DNA of 64,000 bases from Trypanosoma brucei. Its lineage: Eukaryota. The stretch spans positions 2,048,001-2,112,000 of the forward strand of contig CM000207.1 of assembly GCA_000002445.1 (NCBI GenBank). Direction: 5' to 3'. Shown here one piece after another: positions 21,959-32,300 of this stretch (position 1 is its first letter; each line of letters opens with the position of its first letter). The translations under genes and the position numbers were made by a program. Under the pieces are notes generated by a model that was not told the DNA's origin, did no database searches, and was given only the letters and a program-made list of their open reading frames with translations.

Positions 21959-23570
21959 CTCACAGCCTTTTAAAAGATAAAATTTCCCCCTCAATTCGTT
22001 TTTTTGTTTTCCTCCTCCTTCCTGTTTCCTTACCTTTGTGTGTGTGTGTGTGTGTTATCTGTTGGTGTTACTGCAAGCACGCTTTGATCAACTACTATCT
22101 GCCTCTGCCTCTGCCTCTTCTTGTCTTTTCTTCCCCTTCCTTCTCTTCTGTTGTTGTTTCCTACTGTCAAAACAGACTGTAAAACAAAAGTCTTTCAACA
22201 CTAAACGAATATGCTACCGAAAACACTTCAACACTGCAAATCTAATTTTTTTTAAAAATGATTCCTCCAAAATGTCAAAAACAAAAGCATATATAAACAT
22301 ATATATATACATGTTCATGTACGCATAAGGAAGCGAGAAGGAAGGAGCAATAAAGTTAAAATATCACAAAAGTGTGCAATCCACATGTTTAAAGAAATTA
22401 TATATATATATATTAATCACGTACTCTCCGTTGGTTGCACAGCGAAAGTCTGGAAACACCAGCAAACTGGCAGCAGCGCATAAGATACTGCGACGTAATT
22501 TAACAAAGATAACTTTTACCGCCATCCTTGGTGAATAATATAATCCTTTAATGGAGAATGAGTTGCAATACTTTCTTTTTCTTCCTTTTTTTTAAAAAAA
22601 AAGGAGCAAAAAATATAATAAATAGGCGGTTCGGCATTTCTATGGAATCGCCCACACGCTTTCATATTTAATTTTACCTTTTCCTTCTTTTTTTTTTGTT
22701 TGCTGTTAACTAACAAGCATCAGCGAGGTATCTATCTACTTGAAAAACTAATACACTAATACATATACCGCCTGCAATAATTTAGTATATAATATAATGT
22801 TACCAATAGGAGACAAGAAAAATGGGGAGAAAAAAGAAAGAAAGAAAAAGGATCCGAAAAAGTGGTGCGGCAACAGTGGTGAGAACAATAATAATAATAA
22901 TAATAGTGGAAAGTAAAAGGTTTATACTTCAATATCCTTCACATAAGATAAAAAGGAATAAAGCGGAGCCGATGGGTGAAATGGAGGGTGTTGGGTGGAA
23001 AATGAGTAAAGTTTTTTTTATAAAAAAAATTAATTATTTGATAAAACGAAACAACAATAGATAAGAATTTTGTTATCACCGTCAATAGCCAACGAAAACG
23101 ACAAATCACCAGGGCAAACAAGAATATCATCAAAACATAATCATCAATGAAACAACGGGAATTGATAAAAAGAAGAAGATATATATATATATTTTTTTGT
23201 GAAACAATAATACTGATCGGAGGGGGAAAAAAAGAAAATTCTACACCCCGCAAGGAGTCGCGTAAACATAAGTACAACAGAACACAATTATTAATTATTT
23301 ATCAGAAGCGCCTTTTTTTTACTAATTACTGTATATCATAACAAAAACGAAATTACGCCTCCGAATAAATATAGAAGTATAGGAACAACAATTTTACATC
23401 CATCAGTCAAACAAAATGAAATATCTAAAATACTGAAGAGAAGAGAAAGTAGAGGTAGAAAAAAAACAAAAGAAAAACGGGTTGCAACCACACTTATATA
23501 CAATATTCTCAAATAAAAATATACAAATGTACATATATATTTTTTTATATATATTTATATATTTATTTAA

Positions 23571-23601
<31 letters not shown>

Positions 23602-24776
23602 TATGTTTGTGTTACTTACTCTTCATGAAGGGGGGAAGAGGGGGAGAAATGTGAAGTTAAGCCACACCTCCACTCCTCTCTTCTTCTCTGTCCCGCACTC
23701 CCCCTTATATGCTGATTTGTTCTGTTCATTATATTTATATTTTATACTTTTTACCGTATAATATTGTTTTTTTTTTAATATTATTATTATTATTACTTAT
23801 TACTTATTATCATTTTGTATCCCTATCTCTCTGAAGGGAAATACGTAGAAGTTAAGAGAAGGGAGAAACCGTTTTTTTTTTTTCTCTTCCCACACATATA
23901 TATACACACACACAAATAACAACAACAAAACACAGCCAGAACAGAACAAAGCACAGCACATCACAGCAGAACAAAACAAAACAAAACGGACCAAAATACG
24001 AAGAAAAGAAAAAATGGAAATGCCCAACGCGAGAAGAGGAAGACAAAACAAAAACAAAAATGAAGTCACAAACGTGAGAAAATTTGTTGAAAGAGACGGA
24101 GTTTTTAAAAGGAAAAAAAAGAAGAATGAGGAGGAGGGGAGGGGAGGGGGGAATAAATGTTAAAGCAAAAAGTGGCAAAATATGATATGATATTTAAAAA
24201 ATGGGGGAAAGAGAAAGGTAATTATACATAACAATAAACAGAGGCATATAAATGTGAATGTGAATATGAATATGAATGTGGTACCGAGAAAGGAAGAAAT
24301 TAAAAAGTTGAAACATAAAAACAGAAGAAGAAAAAAGGAACGTAAAATTCATTCCGTCCACAAAGGGCAAACTAACTCGTGCAGGAGCACTTTTTATTTA
24401 TGTGTGTTTATGTGTGTGTGTTTGTGCTTGTATGTATGTAAGTTTATTCTCTTTTTACAAACCTTTGCTATATATTTTTTTCCTTAGCTTTTCCTATGCT
24501 TCCTCACCCCCACCATACACACACGCCCACACACCAACCCCCCACAAAAAAAAAAAAAAATCGCCTCCTTCTCATTCATTTGCCTCAGCTCAATTCATTT
24601 CGTACACAAACATGTAAATATATAAACATATATATTTACATATTAAATTATTATTTATTTACTTATTTTCATAAAGTTATAACAAAAAAAAAGCCCTCAT
24701 ATGAAAACGCGTTAACGTCATCCCCATTTCTTCCATTTATACCCAGTTGTTCTTTTTCTCTCCCTTTCTCACACAT

Positions 24777-24825
<49 letters not shown>

Positions 24826-25183
24826 CCGTCAAGCAGGAGAGAGGGGGAAGAAAGAAAAAAAAAAGATAAACAAAAAGTGAAAGCAAAAATAAAAATAAAA
24901 GTGAAGCTTAATTCTTTTTTTAAAAAAAAAAAAGAAATTAAACAAATAAACCACCCAATTCATTCATTCATTCAGTGGCAAAAGGATAACCCAATTACAT
25001 ATAACATATGGAATATAATATATAATATATAATGCGAATGAACGGGTAGTAATGGCATGTGACTGTGTATATATGTGCAAAAATCAATGAGCGAAAACAA
25101 CTGAGTAAAAAAAAAAGAAAAAAATGAATGAGTGACGAGTAATGGGAGGGGGATAGAAAAAGGAGCGGTAATAACAATACAAT

Positions 25184-25220
25184 AGTAATAATAATAATTA
25201 TTATTATTATTATTACTATT
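25184..25220. repeat. Near-perfect inverted repeat (TAA)n|(TTA)n, capable of forming a hairpin or cruciform.
   Basis: agtaataataataatta|ttattattattattact. Confidence 0.7.
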
Positions 25221-26529
25221 GGAAGAAAAAGAAAAAGAGACAATAATGAAAGGACAACAAAGAGCATACGCGAGGGAAGATGAAAAAGAAAGAAAGAATA
25301 AAAAATGAATAACTCCGTGCTATTCTATGCAAAAAAAATAAAATAAAATAAAATAAGAAAACAAAATATTAATATTAATAAACGCACTAATAAATAATCA
25401 ATTAAAGAAAAGGGAAGGAAAAAAAAAGAATCACAATTTTCTTCTTTTCTTTATTACTTACCTTTTCTTCACTCATTTCTCTTTGCTTCCTCACTTTTGT
25501 TTTTCTTTTTGCTTCTTCCTTCACTTCTGCTGCTTCATTTCCCGCACACACAAACGCACACACAAAAAAACACATCATCTTCAGAATCAGCAGCAGCACT
25601 AGCACCAAAATAGAAATCAATCAACAAAAAAAATTCTTTCCCCCTCCTCCTTATTTGATTTTATCTCTCATTTTATTATTTTATTTTATTTTTTTTAAAA
25701 AAAAGAACACACAAACTCAAGCGGATAAAAACCATCTCATCTACCATTAAATCCCCTCTTCCACTTCAACAACTTCATCCTTATAATTTTTTTTCTTTTT
25801 TTTTTGTACCTCTTCATTTGTTTCATTTATTCATATTCCATTTCTCCGCTTTTAGATTTTTATTCCCCCTAATTTCTCCTCTTAAAGAAAAAGAGAAGAA
25901 AAAAAAGTGAAATGAATCTAACACTATTCATTGGTTCGATACTCCACTAATCCCATTTTATTTTTTATTTTTTTTTTTTCGGTGGCATGTAAGACACAGG
26001 AATAAACAAACAGAGGATATTAATGTCTTGCTTTTATTGTTTCTCTCTTTAGAAACGATTTTTTTTTGTTTTACCAAAAGATAAAACGAAAGATCAAAAA
26101 ATTTTTTAACAAAAAAAAAAAAGAACATCATGAAGCCAAAAAAAAAAAAAGAAACTGCTACAACGGAAAAGAGAAAAAAAAGATAAAGAGAAAAAGTTAA
26201 AGAAGGTAAAATGCGTACACGTCGCACAAAATAGCCAAGACGGACGTTAAATCACTTTCTCTTCCACTACGACACGAAATCAGACAAACGTGTGATATGA
26301 AAACGAAGAATTGAAAACACAAACATAAACATACGCATACAAAACACCCACCAAACCTCTTCTTAACAAATTGAAATAGCCGACAACGACATTTAAGGGA
26401 GGGGGGAAGCAGCAAAGTAACGCAAACTAACACAAACAGTAACAGAAACATTAAATACAAAAACACAATTCACCCAACCACACACAAATGTCTCCCCCTT
26501 CTTCCCAACCCCTCCATCATTATCATTCT

Positions 26530-27981
26530 TCAAAAAAAAGTTGGTTCAACCTGAGGTACCTCTGCATAAAAGAGAATATACGCCTTCTCAAGTTCTTGCA
26601 TTACATCGACAGACCGCGAAGGTGTAATTGCTCCATCATTACAAAGGTACCACTCGCCAAACGCCACACGCACATAACTTGTGTAATGTCCAGACATCTC
26701 CGTACCGCTATGCATCAATACGCCATACAAACTATATCGCAATGATTTCTCCCCACCTGTCATGAAGGTTTCGGGGTATATGACATTTACAAGATTCTTC
26801 TTCCCATACTCGTCAAATCGTTTCAAATGCAAGACTAATAACTTTGGCCATTGCCTCACGACAACACATCGGCTTCCCGAGCGAAGGCGTTTGCATCGTG
26901 AGCAGTAAATACGATTACTTCCATCCATTTTCTCCGCTTTACCTTCCACAAAGTTAGCCTGAAGAATGGCCTCAAGATTGGCACCAAATGGCATTTCGTG
27001 TCCTATAGGTAATGAAAGATCCAAAAACGCTTCAAAGGTCCTTGAAGAATTTTCGCAGCTGTTACAGAAACAAGTCCCAAGCGTGGTTCCCCCAAAGAGA
27101 TCGTAAATGGGAGATTTGTCGAAACATGCGAACTGATCACGCCACATCCCGAACGCTGTCTCCTCATCCTCCTTGCCAACATAACCCATATCATCAATGT
27201 GCAACTTAGCGCGAGGTGCGGTATTGATTTCATTGTGCACTACCGAAAGGAAGGTTCTAAGAAACTCATGCGCATCCGCTTGAGTGAAATCCTTAAATTC
27301 ATCATTGTACTTCGCTGCTTCGGATTTGAAGGTAACGAGAAATTCCTTTGGGTCCCCTTCCGACATCCTAAAGAAGTTCAGCATCGCCGCCGCTGCCGGA
27401 TGTGATTCAGCATTCAACTGGCACTGCTCTAAGGCGAGAGCCAACGACGGGCTCTGTCGAAGACACTGCACCACCGAATTCATATAACATGTGTTACCTA
27501 AATTTGGAAGCGGAATTGGCAGTGGCCACATGACATGTTTTGGCAACGCCGAAACACGGATGTGCGGCCTAGGCACCTCTAGATGAACATCAAATTCGAC
27601 TGAAGGCGGGCGTGGGATTCTATCTTTCCTAATCGGACTAGTCGGTCGACTACGGGACGGCCGCCGGGTGTTTCCACGCGCCAGCTGAAGATCCGCCAAC
27701 GAAAACAACTGAGAGTCAGTTGTGTCAGTCCGCTGCAATGTACTTTTCTCACGTGGGAGTGCAGTACTATCGGTTACGGCAGTGTGCCGGGGGTATAAAT
27801 GCGGCAGTTGATGTTCCGACACCTGTGACACCACCGCAGGGACAACACCGGGAATCTCCGCACGCATCAGAAATAACCCCCCACCACACCACACCCGTCG
27901 TTTGTTGCGTTGGTAATGCCGTGCACGAGGGCAGATGGAACAGAAACGGTAGTGGTAGGGACTTCTACGAAAGACGAACAA
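26530..27981 (-). CDS. Ubiquitin carboxyl-terminal hydrolase (USP family, peptidase C19). The true start may be the internal Met at 27867.
   Basis: The catalytic Cys-box GNTCYMNSVVQCL is present. The His-box region GHYTSYVR...WYLCNDGAI lies near the C-terminus. Confidence 0.85.
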   Translation of the reverse strand: MFVFRRSPYHYRFCSICPRARHYQRNKRRVWCGGGLFLMRAEIPGVVPAVVSQVSEHQLPHLYPRHTAVTDSTALPREKSTLQRTDTTDSQLFSLADLQLARGNTRRPSRSRPTSPIRKDRIPRPPSVEFDVHLEVPRPHIRVSALPKHVMWPLPIPLPNLGNTCYMNSVVQCLRQSPSLALALEQCQLNAESHPAAAAMLNFFRMSEGDPKEFLVTFKSEAAKYNDEFKDFTQADAHEFLRTFLSVVHNEINTAPRAKLHIDDMGYVGKEDEETAFGMWRDQFACFDKSPIYDLFGGTTLGTCFCNSCENSSRTFEAFLDLSLPIGHEMPFGANLEAILQANFVEGKAEKMDGSNRIYCSRCKRLRSGSRCVVVRQWPKLLVLHLKRFDEYGKKNLVNVIYPETFMTGGEKSLRYSLYGVLMHSGTEMSGHYTSYVRVAFGEWYLCNDGAITPSRSVDVMQELEKAYILFYAEVPQVEPTFF

Positions 27982-28217
27982 AAGGAGCCCCAGTAATGGA
28001 AGATTTTCTCGTTGCCACTCCTCTCACTTGGGTTGAAGAGCAGCAGTGACACAACCAACTACACACACACACAGACGCACAGGTAGACAAACACACACGA
28101 ACCGCAGGTGAGTTCCACAACGCACGAGGTACACACAACCTTCACCGATTTCCCAAATTTCCCCCTTCCCCCAATTCTACCTTCTCTGCTTCCTCTTTTC
28201 TTTCGCCACTTCTCCTT

Positions 28218-28249
28218 TTGTGTGTGTGTGTGTGCGTGTGTGTGTGTGT
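28218..28249. repeat. (TG)n microsatellite.
   Basis: tgtgtgtgtgtgtgcgtgtgtgtgtgtgtc, in the spacer upstream of the USP gene. Confidence 0.9.
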
Positions 28250-29330
28250 CGCAATCAACGGATGCCCCAAGTCAGGTTGAGGGCTCCGTCTGTACTATTA
28301 CTAAAGTGCTTGACACGGTGAAAGTGTGTCCGTAGACGGTCAGGTCAACTCCTCTTGGAGGGTCTGGTTCCCCCTATCTTCCGCTTAATGAGAACCTTCC
28401 CCTTGTAAAGCAAACATAATAATGATAGTGAAGAGGAAAAGGAAGAAGAAAAGAGAAGAGGATCAGTGACCTAGTTGGCTGGTTGGTGTGATACATTTCC
28501 CCACGTCCTTCCCTTCATCCAAGGAATACACCCAACATATGTGCATGTATGCATGTATATATACAAGTGCAGTGAAAGGGCAACAGTCATGCACACGTTT
28601 ATGTGTCTAATATTATACACACCCGAAAACAGAGGGGGTGCTTGAGTAATGAGAGGAGCAAAGACAACACTTTAACCATATCTTCGTAGGTATGTAAAGA
28701 TATATGTAATCTCATATATGCATCCCTGTGCTTTCGCACATGTTATTGTGGCGTTGCCGTGAAAAAAAAAAATTTTAAAAAAGATACTTACCGGAGCCAG
28801 AAAAGGTACAATCAAATGCAGAAAACAGGAGCACACACAAATATATGCCCTGACACGAACGGAGGAAACACTATATACATGGGGCACATATGTGTGATTA
28901 CCATTTACGTAAACAGAGGTGGACACCATGGTGAAAACAGCTACACTAATTTTATTGAATCAATGTTTTGTTTTCGTTTCCACACCTCACTCTTCTAAAC
29001 ATCGGTATTGGACAGTTGGGACGTAGTTCTGCTTCTCATAATATGAAACCTGCGAACCTTAGAACTGCTTTCTCCAAAACACCCTATTGCTGCTGTTGTC
29101 GCTTTTTTGTGTGTCAACTTTGCCGTTTTATTTTTTTCCCACAATCTCATGCCGGACATGAAGCTACGCGAAGGCAGAACCACGATCTACTGTGAGAGAC
29201 AACCATGCGAGGAAGGGAATGAAGCCTTGAAACCACAGGAAAGACATGATTAGCAGCTCCATTCAACCCATTTTTCCCTCTTGCGTCCTCTATTTCTTTT
29301 CTTTCTCTAGTTATTACTCTCCCGCTCCCG

Positions 29331-32300
29331 TTATGTCGCCGGACTCCACATGCGTAACATCGTTAACCGGCCCGTCGGGTCACCAATTACCACCGCCGCG
29401 GCCTTATCGCTAGGCTCTGTAGCCACATCCCAAGCAGTAATTTCACATTCATGAACAAACTCAGCATCAGCCACGCCTTCTATGACCTCATCTTCAGGTT
29501 CTTCTTCCATTAGTTCAATGCTCTCTCCTTGCATTTCATCTACAGTGTCATCGTCAGGCACGGGAAAGGGCATATGCTTCCTTGGAAGCACCCAAAACTT
29601 CAACTGCTTGTCGTTGCCCAAGGCGAAAATGCCATCGTCACCCCACTTGAAGCGTAACCCGCTCACAGTGGGTAAAGCGGAATAGCGGAATGCGCTGAAG
29701 TGATTTGTTGGCGTCACCGTGAGAACATCCACAGCCGCATCTCCAACTTGTCGTATCCGTGACCACGGAAGACGGTAGACTGCAACGGATCCATCTTCAA
29801 GCCCGGCCGCCACCATCCGCTCATTTGAGGAGAGTTGATACACTACGTGATTGCAAGAGCTCACCAATACGGCCACTTCCCGCCCCGCTTCCACATCGCA
29901 CAACCGCAGTTGCCGGGGTGGTGGCAAATGTCCGCTGGCTGTTGGAGGGAATGGTGCTGGGTAAAGAAGAAAGTGGGTACAGGAGCGAATCATCTTTCCG
30001 GATTCTACGCTGAAGGGAAGGCTAAAGGTTCTCTCCTTTTCGAAGGCATTGCGTGCAGTACTCAATTGCCACATTATTACAACATTGTGACAAACACTGT
30101 AGAATATTTCGTCCTCGGACCTATGCGGCAACACGGTAGTGAAGCCTCGTATCCTGTTGATGTCTGCCATCTCGCATTTTTCCAAGAAATGGCGCTGATC
30201 CACATCCAGTACAACAGAAGTTTTTTCTGTGTCGTAAGCGCGAAGGTAGAGATCCTCAGTGGTTACTAAGTAGAAACGGCCACGGGCAGAGAAGGCCACA
30301 GAAGTCAGTGGTGCTCCAAAAGTGCCGCCATCGCACCGGGAGACGATGTTCATCTCCGCACTGTCATAGATTAGTAACGTACGGTCGTGACAAACTGTGG
30401 CGTGGTAAGCTCCCGTTTCGCACCACAATAAACTTTCCACAGCAGACGGCGAGCGCCTCACCTGCACTTCTACAGCACCCGTAACAGGATGTACCGCGCA
30501 GATACTGCGATCGGCACTAGCGGTGATAATACGTTTACCGCGTGAGGGAATGCAGCAAGCGGTAATCGTCCTCTGATGAATTTGTTTTTTCGCTGAAAGG
30601 GCCATAGTGGTGAAAAACGATAGGCGGCGCTGGCGGAGTGGGCAGGTGATGGTTAGCATTTGAGTAACGTACGCTCTCGCATCCATTGAAACGTATGGGT
30701 ACCGGTTTCCACTTTCAATCGCTGTCCCAACCACCAGGTGTGGATACTTGGTTAATTTTGAGTTATACTGCCGCAAAAAGTATATGTAGTCGCGTAGACG
30801 AAGAATTGATGTTGGTTTCTGGCGGGTGGTTACATCAACATCTTCGTCGAATGTATATTCACCAACTTCATAGGACTCATGGAAGGAATTAAAGGCACTG
30901 ATGAGCTCCCTTACCAGATGGTAACCGAGTGAATTACGGTATACAACCATCAAATAGGGCATGGTTAGCACGACGCGGTGTATGACGTGAGCTTCCTGCG
31001 CCTCCACAGCGTGGTACGGTAGTTCCTTTACCGCCGTTCGCTCGAACGGATTTGTTGATGATAGTCCAAGAAGCACCTCCCCTTTCTCACGCCCAAGAAC
31101 CTCGTGCACCACATCATGATAACAACGCAGCAGCATACCGTGCCACACCTTGTAATCGCTCTCGCTTCCCTCCTCCAGAACATCTTCGCGTTTAATCAGC
31201 TCGCGGAACGCGCGTGATCGTATACAGACACGAACGTTAAGAGCGTTTCCACCTTCTGTTCCAATGTTACATACTGTGCCACTGTAAATCAAGGGCCTCA
31301 TCATGCGAATTAAGCGGTTAAAACGCGTGCAGGTCAACTGTAACATGGCACGCAGTTGGGGTTCATGAATACCCCATCGGGAACAAACGAGCAAACGCGT
31401 GCACTTTCGGATAAGGGCCGTGCCAAAGCTATCGTTCAGTTTGTCATAGACCTGTTGCACCATACCATCAACTGTGCCGGGTAGTGAAACCTTTATTGCA
31501 TGTGTCCCCAGACCAGGTGCCTCATTAAAACTGCGTAGCACATCTACAACCTGTAAAACATACTCTGGGCACAGTGCTTGCTCCTTCTGACGAATCAACA
31601 TAAAGTCATCGTCCGACAGGGTCACACCAATTCTTCCCATGACCTCAGGTCGAAGCATATCATCAAAATCATTAGGCGTCATGTTACCCACTGGGAGGAA
31701 CTCTACGCTGTCTTTGCCACGTGTTTGTAATTGTTTGTACAGTGTGGAATCCGTCTCACATCCCAACACCAGTCGTACGTTGCGGGACAAACAATACGGC
31801 AAACAAGCGAAAGCACCAGGTCGTAGAGCTGGCGCTTCCCAAACGTCTTTCCCAGTTTTCTCGCACATCCTTAGTGCCGTGCACGGTTCTACGGGCGCAA
31901 TGACATTATCTATTCCATCTAGAATAACAACAGTAATAACTTTTTCATTTCCATCGGACTTAGCATCGCCGTTGCCGTTAAGTTGCTCAGCCATCTTTCC
32001 CTTTTCTGTTATGGTATCCAAAAACAGTTTTTGAAGCCGACCCAAGTCCACCTCACCGATCGCTGATCGATACACCTCCTGATTAGGATACAACTGATGA
32101 ATAATGGTACATATAATATTGCGGAGCTCTGTGGGCTCCTCTGTCAGCAGAGCAGAGTGTGTCGTGTGGTACGCTACACGGCATTTCTGCGCGCTTTTCG
32201 TCAGTAGTCCCCACGTGAATGATGAAATGAGTTCACTGACTGCACTGATGTCTGCACTATGCAACAACAGAGAATTTCTGCTAGGCGGCGCAATAACGTA

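Noticed and set aside
21221-21973. A 250-aa plus-strand ORF antisense to the sorting nexin gene. Analogous antisense ORFs occur at 33088..33858, 52822..53433, 39819..40337, 4669..4959 and 5335..5655.
   Set aside because: Each lies entirely within, and opposite to, a minus-strand gene with strong homology support. The translations have no motifs and are typical of antisense frames of moderate-GC coding DNA.
24496-25032. A 178-aa plus-strand ORF (MLPHPHHTHTPTHQPP...KKKK...IYIYIYI).
   Set aside because: It is translated from (CA)n, (TA)n and poly-A low-complexity DNA in the long spacer, on the wrong strand for this PTU, and has no coding-like composition.
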